A stretch of DNA of 63,961 nt, filler included, from a bacterium (GTDB lineage: Bacteria; UBA9089; CG2-30-40-21; SBAY01), in the NCBI GenBank assembly GCA_040757115.1. It is 8 parts of 8 records of this genome, joined end to end, with 100 filler letters (N's around TTAATTAATTAA, not from the genome) between each part and the next. Parts side by side here need not be neighbours in the genome. Positions count along the whole stretch, not along the records: positions 16,734 to 24,945 come from JBFLYA010000168.1; positions 25,046 to 33,242 come from JBFLYA010000169.1; 6 more parts are not named here. The stretch is one strand, 5' to 3'. Within the stretch, counting starts at the first letter, position 1. Each line of letters starts with the position of its first letter. The notes below the pieces were generated by a model. The model had not been told where the DNA came from, made no database searches, and saw only the letters and a program-made list of their open reading frames with translations. Below are positions 19,922-28,697 of the stretch, in pieces. Position numbers and translations under genes: made by a program.

Positions 19922-21491
19922 TGTAAATAGCCTCCTTAACTATGCGATCCAGTTCATCTTGAGGCGGAAATATCTTGCCGATTCGCCGCCCAAGGAATTC
20001 AAGCTTATGCCATGATGGATACCGCAAACAACGGAGGTCGGTGGCGTTCACTTGAGTGTGTCCACTGAACTGCCGAAAATAGGAATCTACGATTGTCGAG
20101 TTCAGAAACGCAGCAAGTCCCTTTGCTCTGGTCAGTGGCAACTCCGAGTCTAAAGCATGATAATAGTTTAAGTGATTTTCAAATGCAACCTTATAAGCTG
20201 GAACGCGACGAGGGTCATATACCGCTGCCACTATCCGACGCCGTTCCTCCTTTGCTGAAAACCTCTTTACGAGAACATAACACTTCTGCGAGACGAAAAG
20301 TTCTTCTGCCCCTGGCTCAAGCAAGATAGCATTCGGCTTGCGAGTTTGATAATTAGGCCATTCGACAAAGCCACCCCGAAGGTGACAAGGATAGATAAGT
20401 GGAGCAGTATTCTCATCTGGACAGGGACGGAGTAAGTGTTTTGCTCGAAAATCTACGATTCGTCCGGTCGAGACTGCCAAGCCAAGATCTCTAAGATTCG
20501 AATCGAGTTTTTCAATCATATTCCTGATTGAATCTCCATTGCTATCTGGGACAATACGAATGAAGAGATGAGGATCGTCAGGCCGAATAAGATCTGTGTG
20601 ATCTGTTTTTCGAATTTTCAGGTTCGAATCGTTGAGATCAAGACTTGACGAGACAATTACTTTGTCGTTGATGGCCGGCGACTTAATTGCCTGAAATACG
20701 ATATTTTCTTGTAAAATTCCGTCGTCGGCGAAGGCTCGATTACGCGAATCAAATACGTGAATGCGACGGAACTGCATTTCCTTTAGAAAAAAATAGCGGA
20801 AGGGTTCAAAATAAAGTCCATTACAGAAACTCCTTGGAGTGATAGCAACCATTTCTCCACCTGGGACGAGAAGTTTAGCTGTCACTGCCAGAAAGCCAGT
20901 ATATAGGTTAGTTGTCTCGAGTCCAATAGATTGAAGCAACTTTCTCTCTCGGGATTTGGTATGAATTTTCCTATAGGGTGGATTGAGGATCGCACAGTCA
21001 AATCGCTCCTTCTCTCCAGTGATAAATAAATCGCCTGTGAATGAACTAATACCTGCTTCCAGGAAGTCCTGGTCAACAATACGTGCCTCAAATTGAATGC
21101 CCGCATCTTCACTCACTCTGCGGCAGAGATCAAGTGTCTTATGGAGATATGTGTTTAACAGAGGATCTATTTCATAGGTGGTCAAGGCTATCACTTTTGG
21201 ACGCTGATGCCTCCGGCAAATTGAAACTATCAAAGCGGCCGAAAGCGAGCCTACTCCAGCTCCAGGGTCAAGAATGCGGATAAAGGATTTTCTGCATTTG
21301 AACATGTCGGCCATAAATATCGCAACCGACAAAGGTGTTAAAAATTGACCCATGAGAGCACGTCGCCGAGAGTCCAGTTGAAGAGTTACTTCCCTGCGGG
21401 CGACCTCAATTGATGACAGAAGTAAATTCTCATCTGCTTTTATAGTTTGTTCGAGAACCTTTATTTGGGTGTTCATTATTTCTTCTTCCAT
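19914..21491 (-). CDS. Eco57I-domain N6-adenine methyltransferase (BsuBI/PstI-type)
   Basis: GQFLTP, LDPGAGVG, NPPY, PRSFCNG, SGHTQVNATDL. Confidence 0.93.
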   Translation of the reverse strand: MEEEIMNTQIKVLEQTIKADENLLLSSIEVARREVTLQLDSRRRALMGQFLTPLSVAIFMADMFKCRKSFIRILDPGAGVGSLSAALIVSICRRHQRPKVIALTTYEIDPLLNTYLHKTLDLCRRVSEDAGIQFEARIVDQDFLEAGISSFTGDLFITGEKERFDCAILNPPYRKIHTKSRERKLLQSIGLETTNLYTGFLAVTAKLLVPGGEMVAITPRSFCNGLYFEPFRYFFLKEMQFRRIHVFDSRNRAFADDGILQENIVFQAIKSPAINDKVIVSSSLDLNDSNLKIRKTDHTDLIRPDDPHLFIRIVPDSNGDSIRNMIEKLDSNLRDLGLAVSTGRIVDFRAKHLLRPCPDENTAPLIYPCHLRGGFVEWPNYQTRKPNAILLEPGAEELFVSQKCYVLVKRFSAKEERRRIVAAVYDPRRVPAYKVAFENHLNYYHALDSELPLTRAKGLAAFLNSTIVDSYFRQFSGHTQVNATDLRCLRYPSWHKLEFLGRRIGKIFPPQDELDRIVKEAIYNG

Positions 21492-21511
21492 TCAATTACA
21501 ATCTTTATATC

Positions 21512-21578
21512 CACTAACGACCAGGTTTAGACGCGACGGTGTGTCATCGCTGACATCGTTCGGAGCGTCTTATTATGC
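21512..21578 (-). mobile_element. Degenerate short attC site
   Basis: GCATAAT...GTCGTTAGTG just downstream of the stop codon; GTGCATAAT pairs 7/9 with this cassette's start GTTAGGCAC. Confidence 0.65.
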
Positions 21579-21581
21579 ACA

Positions 21582-22538
21582 TTAGAAAAGTGGTAAGTTG
21601 CCAGCATTCGTATCAAGTGCTTCGATTTTAGAAAAAATAATCTTCGGTTTACTTGCGTTGTAGCCACCGAAGTCGTCCAATCTGCTAATTGATCCATAAA
21701 TGCGGCAATTTACGAAAATCGCATTCTTATAATTAACAATGCTTCCCGTCTCCGGGTAACAGGCCAAAATGTGGTCCTTATACATGAATCCAAGACTATT
21801 GGTATTTTCGTTTCCTTTCGTGATGTGCCCTTCCAGAGTTACTTCCTGTCCATGAACAAGTTCTGGAAAAAGAATCTCTTCTTCGACATCGAGTGTAAAA
21901 ATTCTCCGTTGTTGGTAAGGAATAGATTCTCGTATCAATTCGCCATTCTTGTATACGCCGATTTCCAGTCTACGCTCTTCTTCAATCAGTTCCGCCATTT
22001 TCTTGAGAAGTCCAGGGTTAACAGGGATATAAAACTCGAAGAACTTCTTTGGAATAAAAAGGTACTCCCCCTTTTGATTTGGTATTCCTATTTCGGTGTT
22101 CTCATTTCTAAACTGCGGATTTTCAAATTTCTTTCTTATTAGTCCATCCAGATGTTTGCCAATACGGATAGTCCATTGAATCGCTTCCACCGCATGAACA
22201 AAAATATCTTTTAGTCCCTTCTTCTCGAAATCCTTGTCGGCCATTTTCTTTGCAGCTGTCACTAAGTAGGTTGTTACACCAGTTGTTACACCAACACCGA
22301 CGGCTCTTACAACCCAATCAATGAGGCTGGTGGGAATGAGGGCTTCCCAAGAACCTTTACGTAACCGAACAGGAATTTCGAAATCTAAATCGCGCAGTGA
22401 CGGTGATTGTTGACCAACAAAAAATCGTATCGCTTCATCAAAGCCCAGTAGGGCTTGGGCTGCTTTTCGAGCATCAAGTAGACCGTCCTCGATAAGCTTC
22501 CCTTCATATTTGAGATATCCGATATATTCTTCGTCCAT
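21582..22538 (-). CDS. Hypothetical protein (gene cassette)
   Basis: 318-aa ORF exactly filling the interval between two attC sites. Confidence 0.8.
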   Translation of the reverse strand: MDEEYIGYLKYEGKLIEDGLLDARKAAQALLGFDEAIRFFVGQQSPSLRDLDFEIPVRLRKGSWEALIPTSLIDWVVRAVGVGVTTGVTTYLVTAAKKMADKDFEKKGLKDIFVHAVEAIQWTIRIGKHLDGLIRKKFENPQFRNENTEIGIPNQKGEYLFIPKKFFEFYIPVNPGLLKKMAELIEEERRLEIGVYKNGELIRESIPYQQRRIFTLDVEEEILFPELVHGQEVTLEGHITKGNENTNSLGFMYKDHILACYPETGSIVNYKNAIFVNCRIYGSISRLDDFGGYNASKPKIIFSKIEALDTNAGNLPLF

Positions 22539-22558
22539 TCTATTGAAGCCTCATTTGT

Positions 22559-22690
22559 GCCTAACGATAAAGTTCAGGTGCGGCGGGGAGAATTACCACA
22601 AAAGTTTGATAGCAAGATAAAACTTTGAGAGACCACAAAACTCTGACCACGGCACAGTCCCCCGCCGTCAACTGCAACGCAGGGTTAGAC
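22559..22690 (-). mobile_element. Integron attC site (132-bp type)
   Basis: GTCTAAC...GTTAGGC, near-identical to 18717-18848. Confidence 0.88.
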
Positions 22691-22790
22691 AAAAGCTTTA
22701 ATTCGCTGTTTTTTCCCTTTTCCTCTGCCTCACCGAATTATTGTGCATTCCACATTCACGGTTTGACCCTAAAATCTCCCCTATTATTTT

Positions 22791-22946
22791 ACCACGAAGA
22801 GCACGAAGGTCACGAAGATTGGACAAGACAAATCTTTTTCTGTCTTTTTTCAATCTTTCTACATTAAAATTTATTAACAAGCCAACTTTAATATTTGCTA
22901 ACTTTATTAGATATTTCATCAAATTTCACTTCGTGTCCTTCGTGGT
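22791..22946 (-). pseudogene. GxxExxY remnant between CACGAAG 9-mer inverted arms
   Basis: (V/M)KFDEISNKV joined via AAGTT to KLANIKVGLLINFNVERLKKDRKRFVL. Confidence 0.8.
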
Positions 22947-22959
22947 TTAATCTCTTTTA

Positions 22960-23092
22960 GTCTAACGATAAAGTTCAGGTGCGGCGGGGAGAATTACCAC
23001 AAAAGTTTGATAGCAAGATAAAACTTTGAGAGACTACAAAACTCTGACCACGGCACAGTCCCCAGGCGGTCAACTGCAACGCAGGGTTAGAC
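22960..23092 (-). mobile_element. Integron attC site (132-bp type)
   Basis: GTCTAAC...GTTAGAC. Confidence 0.88.
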
Positions 23093-23217
23093 AAAAGCTT
23101 TGATTCGCTGTCTTTTCCTTTTCCTCTGCCTCACCGAATTATTGTGCATTCCACATTCACGGTTGACCCTAATATCTCCCTTACTGGTTAGAAAGTTCCC
23201 AAAATTTGTCCATATTC

Positions 23218-23625
23218 TTATCGTAACCAAAAGAATTTAACCAATTTCGCATTATCTATAGGATCGAATTCTTTATGATCAGTTGTCACAACCTTACCCT
23301 TTAAAGTTTCTGCAAGTCCAATAACGAATGCATCTGCTAACGAAATTTGGTAAGATGCTTTATATTTTCCGACTATCTTTAGAAATTCAATAGACATATC
23401 TTCTATGTATCGGATAGGAAGTTGCTCCAAGTCATTAAGCACTTTTTCTGCTCGTTTTATACCGTCCGCCTTGTAATATCCATAATAAACCTCACAGAGA
23501 TTAATATGATGAAGATAGACATTATTATCTTTATTTTCTAAGAGGTCTTTTACCTTTTCTCCGCCTTCTTCCGCATTGAGAAAGGCAATGACTGCACAGG
23601 CATCCAGAATAAAGGAATTCTTCAT
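23218..23625 (-). CDS. PIN/VapC family toxin
   Basis: ILDACAVIA, NLCEVYY, SLADAF, VTTDHKEFD. Confidence 0.9.
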   Translation of the reverse strand: MKNSFILDACAVIAFLNAEEGGEKVKDLLENKDNNVYLHHINLCEVYYGYYKADGIKRAEKVLNDLEQLPIRYIEDMSIEFLKIVGKYKASYQISLADAFVIGLAETLKGKVVTTDHKEFDPIDNAKLVKFFWLR

Positions 23626-23855
23626 TATCTATACTCCAATTTTTTCTCTTTCGCCTTTATCTTTGTAAAAAGGTCTGTTGTAAGGCTCGATCCCTTTGTT
23701 GAACCAAAGACCTTTTCAACAGCACTTTCCCTGCCGATTTTTATTGTCAGCATTTTGGTTCGTAAAAATTCGGTAAAGTCATAGACTTCCTTCTTTTTAT
23801 CGTCCGGTAGAATATCAAAAATTCGTATGAAATCTTTTGTCAATATTGTTTCCAT
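23625..23855 (-). CDS. DUF2281-like antitoxin
   Basis: LPDDKKKEVYDFTEFL; ATG at 23855 after AAGGAG; coupled to the PIN gene. Confidence 0.75.
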   Translation of the reverse strand: METILTKDFIRIFDILPDDKKKEVYDFTEFLRTKMLTIKIGRESAVEKVFGSTKGSSLTTDLFTKIKAKEKKLEYR

Positions 23856-24012
23856 TGCTTTCTCCTTTCTAAAAACCGAAGTTTCTAGATAAATACTATT
23901 TTTCTTCATCTGATCCTCTCTTTATGCTCTTTATCTCTTTAATAGTTAGGATACTATATTGTCTTTCTCTTCTCAAGCATCATTTTCTATGACAAGGAAG
24001 TTTTGTTTGGAT

Positions 24013-24084
24013 GTCTAACGACTAAGCTCACCGGCGGCAATGGAGCGCAGCGGAATTGCCGTCCGGTGCAGCGCCTTGTTAGCC
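24013..24084 (-). mobile_element. Integron attC site (72 bp)
   Basis: GGCTAAC-AAGGC-GCTGCACC...GGTGAGC-TTAGTC-GTTAGAC; the gene's TAA lies within the inverse core. Confidence 0.93.
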
Positions 24085-24840
24085 ATTCTCATTCTGTTTC
24101 GCAGTTGGGCAAAGGTCTTTCATGTAGCAGTCGCCACATACTGGGCCGTCTGACTTACACCAGTTTCTGCCTATCTCCCAGCATGGCAAGTCCATCATTC
24201 CTGGGAACTCTGGATAAAGTGCCCGTGCCCTGTCTATCACTTGTTCAACGGTAACGTCGGCGGAACATAGACCAAGTCGGGAGAAGACTCGACATACATG
24301 TACATCCGCTGAGATGTCAATTGAGGAGTAGTCCGAAAAGGGAATCTTGAAATCGCGTGCGAGAATATTGGCGGCCATGCTACCGATTTTGGGACCAACC
24401 CCTTCGAATTCCCGGAAACGATATACAACCTCCGCACTGGAAGGCTTGCCTTTCCAGATAATGGCAGCATCACCCTCATAGTCGTTCTTGATTCGCTGCA
24501 CCGCTGAATAGAAGTGATCGGTCATCGTGTCAACGAACCGATGGAGAGGTTCCGGTTCCCTCATGAGACGTTTCACATCTTGCCGCGATAGTTCACTCAT
24601 CCTTTGCACCGAAAACCCGCCGATCTTCTGCGAAATGCGATATGGAATCAGCCATGCTCTCTCCGCTCTGACTTGACGATCCATGAGGCATGCTAGGACG
24701 AAAGCATGCGGATGATTGTCCAGGTCATTCAGCAAGGCATCGGCCTGTGGTTCCTTGGTGAAGGTAATCAGCTGCTTCGGCGCGCGGAACAATATTTGCC
24801 CGTGTTCAACCAGTCTGTCGCGTATTGATTTCTCGCTCAT
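24079..24840 (-). CDS. Endonuclease III-like HhH-GPD DNA glycosylase with 4Fe-4S motif (gene cassette)
   Basis: FEGVGPK, ADVHVCRVFSRLG, C-x6-C-x2-C-x5-C. Confidence 0.85.
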   Translation of the reverse strand: MSEKSIRDRLVEHGQILFRAPKQLITFTKEPQADALLNDLDNHPHAFVLACLMDRQVRAERAWLIPYRISQKIGGFSVQRMSELSRQDVKRLMREPEPLHRFVDTMTDHFYSAVQRIKNDYEGDAAIIWKGKPSSAEVVYRFREFEGVGPKIGSMAANILARDFKIPFSDYSSIDISADVHVCRVFSRLGLCSADVTVEQVIDRARALYPEFPGMMDLPCWEIGRNWCKSDGPVCGDCYMKDLCPTAKQNENG

Positions 24841-24846
24841 TTGTAC

Positions 24847-24945
24847 TCCTAACGATAAAGTTCAGGTGCGGCGGGGAGAATTACCACAAAAGTTTGATAG
24901 CAAGATAAAACTTTGAGAGACCACAAAACTCTGACCACGGCACAG
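24847..24945 (-). mobile_element. Integron attC site (132-bp type), contig-truncated
   Basis: Matches the other copies; GTTAGGAG doubles as the RBS of the next gene. Confidence 0.85.
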
Positions 24946-25045
24946 NNNNNNNNNNNNNNNNNNNNNNNNNNNNNNNNNNNNNNNNNNNNTTAATTAATTA
25001 ANNNNNNNNNNNNNNNNNNNNNNNNNNNNNNNNNNNNNNNNNNNN

Positions 25046-25221
25046 TTTCGGATTGTAATGAATCTTCATACTTACAACCCCCTAACCCCCTTTATATACT
25101 TACAACCCCCTAACCCCCTTTATATACTTACAACCCCCTAACCCCCTTTATTAAGGGGGAATATCTGTCCTCTACCTCTAATCTTTTCTATATTTGGGTG
25201 AGGGAATTTCGTGAAGCCCTA
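25046..25221 (-). repeat. DUF559-associated repeat (ACAACCCCCTAACCCCCTTT x3) plus TAGGGCTTCACGAAA end
   Basis: Reverse copy of 63560-63710; encodes start MKIHYNPK. Confidence 0.75.
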
Positions 25222-25611
25222 TTAAAGTCCAACTGATCTTAAAGCCTGAGCAAGCCTTGGCTCTTTCCATGCGAACTCTTTAATCGCCTTCTCAAGTCTA
25301 TCTTCCCTTTCCTCAAGTTCTTTTACCCTTTTGACAGCAGGGGCAAGAGCTGTCCTCCTATCCCAGATGACAAAACCAACAAGGGCAAACATTCCTGCAA
25401 AAAGGATACCAAATCCCGTAAGCATTAAATCCTTTAAATCATCTATTCTGGTATTCATCTCTTGCCTTAAATCGTCTATCCGTTTATCTATATGTTGAAT
25501 CTCCTCCTTTACAATCTTTCTTATTTCCTCAATATCCTGCTTACTCAAATCTGCGTATGCTGGATGATTTAAAAATATTCCCAAGACTACCAAACTCAAT
25601 ATTTTCTTCAT
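25222..25611 (-). CDS. Hypothetical coiled-coil membrane protein
   Basis: Signal peptide, IDKRIDDLRQEMNTRIDDL, TM helix, WDRRTALAP. Confidence 0.75.
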   Translation of the reverse strand: MKKILSLVVLGIFLNHPAYADLSKQDIEEIRKIVKEEIQHIDKRIDDLRQEMNTRIDDLKDLMLTGFGILFAGMFALVGFVIWDRRTALAPAVKRVKELEEREDRLEKAIKEFAWKEPRLAQALRSVGL

Positions 25612-25623
25612 CCTTTCCTCCTT

Positions 25624-28149
25624 TTAGCCTTCTATCTTTTCAATCCGCACTCGGGTAGGACCTAAATAGTCTTTTTTAATTAAACTCAAGACATTTTTAC
25701 CTGGGTGATGTGGAATAAAAACAACACCTTTTGGAGATTTACGAATGATTTTAGTTTTTACCTTAATTCCTGCTTCTCGCGAACTGACCTTGACTAATTC
25801 TTCATTTTCAATCTCTAATGCTTTAGCATCTTCTGGATTTATTTCGACAATCGACTCCTGACAAACCTCCATCAATGCGGGTGATTTTCCAGACATTGAG
25901 CCAGAATGAAAATGGGTATGCCCTGTTAGTAATAAAAAGGGATAATATTTGTCTTCTACGGGCAATTTTTCAAATGTTTGTGGCACAAACTTCCATTTAA
26001 GTCTTTGCGTTCCTTTGTCTGGTGTACTATAGCCTGGCACAAGGCTCTTTATTTCATCCATTACCTCTGCTGAATTAGAGTAATTTATCTCATAACCTAA
26101 TAATTTTGATAATGTTATAAATATTTCGAGGTCTGATTTAGATTTACCTATTGGGGACAATGCCATATTCAATTTTTGCACCTTCCCCTCAACATTGGTA
26201 AAAGTCCCTTCTTTTTCGGCAAAAGCACAGGCAGGTAAGACGACATCGGCTAATTTAGCCGTTTGGGTTAAAAACATATCCTGAACAACTAAAAACTCCA
26301 GAGATTCTAAAGCCTGTTTAATCTGGTCTGAATCAGGGTAAGTTTCAATTGGATTTTCTGCCACAATATAAAGCCCTTTTACCTTGCCTTTTTCTAATAT
26401 TTCTAAGGCAGATAGTCCTCTAAAAGATGGTAATTTCACATTCCAAACCTGTTCAAATTTTTCTCTTATTTTATAATCTGTTATTTCCTGATAACCGGGT
26501 AAAAATCCTGATATTGTTCCCATATCTACTGTGCCTTGAGAATTATTTTTTTCAAGTAAGATTCCTATTCCTGCACCTTCTTTCCCTAAATTTCCAGTAA
26601 GTAGTGCAAGATTTGCGGCAGATTGAGCTAATTTGACTTCCTCGCCAGGTAAATTCAAACCAGTAGAAATCAAAATAATCGCTTTTTGTGAATTACCATA
26701 AGTCTTAGCGGCATTCTTAATGAGTTCTTTATCTATCCCGGTTATCTTTGACACTTCCTGGGGGGTATATTTTTCAACTGATTTTTTCAGTTCACCAAAT
26801 CCTTCAGTATGTTTTGAAATGAAATCCTTATCTACCAATCCCTCATTTATCAGGACATTAATGATGCTATTGAGCAGGGCAATTTCAGTTTTTGGATGGT
26901 GGATGAGGGAGAGGTTTGGAAGTTTGCTCATTTTTATATTTTTCGGATTTATGATGATTAATTTAGCCTCATTTCTTTTAACTGCCAGATTAACCTTTAT
27001 ACCAATTGTCGGATGGGTTTCTGAAAGGTCACATCTTAGAAGCACAATACAATCTGCTTTGTCAATATCCGAAAGAGAGATTGTCATCCCGGCAGAGCCT
27101 AAAGATTGCTTTAATCCCATAAGACCTGCGTAAGCGTAGCTGCCGGCATTATCAATATTATTAGTTTGCAAGCCCGCGCGCATAAGTTTCTGGAAGAGAT
27201 AAACTTCTTCATTTGTCAGGCGACTACCACAAAGTCCAGCTAAATTATTAGCCGGAATTTCTTTAAATTTTTTAGCGATTAAATCAAGTGCCTCTTCCCA
27301 ACTTGCCTCAATCAATTGGTCATCTTTTTTAATTAAAGGCGTTGTAAGTCTTTGTTGGCTATGAACATATTCAAAACCAAACCTACCTTTACTGCATAGA
27401 TTCCCACCATTACTTGTTGCTTGAAATATTTTATTATCTTTAATTCCGAGGTTAAGATGACAGCCGACACTACAAAATGGGCAAATAGTCTGAACATTTT
27501 GTAATTCCCAGAGTCGGGCTTTATATTTAAAAAGTTTAGAAGTCAACGCCCCAACCGGGCAAATATCAATACACTGGCCACAAAATTCACAATTCAGAGC
27601 TCGGTCAAAATCTGTGCCTATTTTAGCTCTAATGCCCCGATTAACAAAGCTAACCTCGGCGACATCCTGTAATTCATCACAAATCCTGGCACATTTACCA
27701 CACAGGATACAGCGATTTAGATTGCGTTCGATAAGGTGACTCTGATGGTCTATTGGCAATCTTGATTTTTCACCTTTAAACCTATTTTCTGCAACGCCAT
27801 ACTCATAGACTAAATCCTGTAATTGGCATTCACCGGCTTTATCACAAACAGGGCAATCCAGAGGATGATTAATCAGCAAGAGTTCCAAAATAGTCTTTCT
27901 CGCTTTGATAATATCCGCAGAGGTAGTTTTTACTACCATCCCATTAGTTGCTGGTGTAGTGCAGGAAGGGGTGAATTTTTGCCTTGTTCCTTCTACCTCG
28001 ACAATACAAATTCGGCAGGCACCAAAAGGTAAAAGTCTTTTATCGTAGCACAATGTTGGAATATGACTTCCTGCTTTTTCGCAAGCCTCAAGGATTGTTG
28101 TTCCTTCTTCTACCTGTATTTCTTTTTCGTCAATAGTTAAACTTAACAT
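25624..28149 (-). CDS. nuoG: NuoG-like molybdopterin-family Fe-S oxidoreductase subunit
   Basis: 2Fe-2S, HPLDCPVCDKAGECQLQ, 2x4Fe-4S and CPFCSVGC..C motifs; lacks the FDH Cys/Sec-His active site. Confidence 0.75.
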   Translation of the reverse strand: MLSLTIDEKEIQVEEGTTILEACEKAGSHIPTLCYDKRLLPFGACRICIVEVEGTRQKFTPSCTTPATNGMVVKTTSADIIKARKTILELLLINHPLDCPVCDKAGECQLQDLVYEYGVAENRFKGEKSRLPIDHQSHLIERNLNRCILCGKCARICDELQDVAEVSFVNRGIRAKIGTDFDRALNCEFCGQCIDICPVGALTSKLFKYKARLWELQNVQTICPFCSVGCHLNLGIKDNKIFQATSNGGNLCSKGRFGFEYVHSQQRLTTPLIKKDDQLIEASWEEALDLIAKKFKEIPANNLAGLCGSRLTNEEVYLFQKLMRAGLQTNNIDNAGSYAYAGLMGLKQSLGSAGMTISLSDIDKADCIVLLRCDLSETHPTIGIKVNLAVKRNEAKLIIINPKNIKMSKLPNLSLIHHPKTEIALLNSIINVLINEGLVDKDFISKHTEGFGELKKSVEKYTPQEVSKITGIDKELIKNAAKTYGNSQKAIILISTGLNLPGEEVKLAQSAANLALLTGNLGKEGAGIGILLEKNNSQGTVDMGTISGFLPGYQEITDYKIREKFEQVWNVKLPSFRGLSALEILEKGKVKGLYIVAENPIETYPDSDQIKQALESLEFLVVQDMFLTQTAKLADVVLPACAFAEKEGTFTNVEGKVQKLNMALSPIGKSKSDLEIFITLSKLLGYEINYSNSAEVMDEIKSLVPGYSTPDKGTQRLKWKFVPQTFEKLPVEDKYYPFLLLTGHTHFHSGSMSGKSPALMEVCQESIVEINPEDAKALEIENEELVKVSSREAGIKVKTKIIRKSPKGVVFIPHHPGKNVLSLIKKDYLGPTRVRIEKIEG

Positions 28150-28161
28150 TTCTTTACCTTA

Positions 28162-28434
28162 TTATACAGAAACTAATCTTTTTTGAACGGTTACAGTCAC
28201 ACCGTATCCTAAACGGTTTAAAAATTCTTCACAATCATCCCATGTAATTCCAAATGCCTTCACATCACTTAGTCCTAAACAGCCGATGATTTCCCGTAAG
28301 GTATCAAAATTTACCTTATCAAATTCAGCTTCCATCATCATTGATTCTGCCCAATTTACTAATTCCTCTATGGTGAGCCGATGGTAGAGATAATCTATTA
28401 ATTTTTGTGCCACCTCTTTACTTGTAACCTTCAA
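28162..28434 (-). CDS. Hypothetical protein (possible antitoxin/immunity)
   Basis: 90-aa acidic helical ORF; GGAGG RBS in the upstream gene's end. Confidence 0.65.
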   Translation of the reverse strand: MKVTSKEVAQKLIDYLYHRLTIEELVNWAESMMMEAEFDKVNFDTLREIIGCLGLSDVKAFGITWDDCEEFLNRLGYGVTVTVQKRLVSV

Positions 28435-28440
28435 TTGAAA

Positions 28441-28689
28441 TTACCTCCCGTAAGTTTTATGTCCTTTATCTACCGGATATTTTTCATGAATTTCAACTAA
28501 TTCCCCTTTTTCATTATAAATTTCTTGATAGAACCTAATTGTTTTTTCTGATGAATCAACTTCTTTAATATACTGAGCCTTCCATCCATAACGACCCTGA
28601 ACTTCATAGAAATATCTTCGACCGCCATTTTCTAATTTCACCCAATTACCAAACTTTTGTTCATTCTCTCTTCGTTTATCTCTATCCAT
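28441..28689 (-). CDS. Hypothetical protein (possible small toxin)
   Basis: 82-aa beta-rich ORF ending IHEKYPVDKGH. Confidence 0.7.
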   Translation of the reverse strand: MDRDKRRENEQKFGNWVKLENGGRRYFYEVQGRYGWKAQYIKEVDSSEKTIRFYQEIYNEKGELVEIHEKYPVDKGHKTYGR

Positions 28690-28697
28690 TAGTATCT

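Noticed and set aside
18717-24945. 132-bp repeats as a CRISPR array or simple MITE
   Set aside because: Too long for CRISPR, spaced by whole genes, no cas genes; core-site structure and gene polarity fit attC.
25070-25162. 27-bp ACAACCCCCTAACCCCCTTT tandem as CRISPR or G-quadruplex/telomere-like repeat
   Set aside because: No unique spacers; it is the leader repeat of a DUF559 module also seen at 58294 and 63618.
25624-28149. Formate dehydrogenase alpha subunit or selenoprotein
   Set aside because: The active-site region reads NIDNAGSYAY without Cys/Sec-His; no in-frame TGA; nuoCD context.
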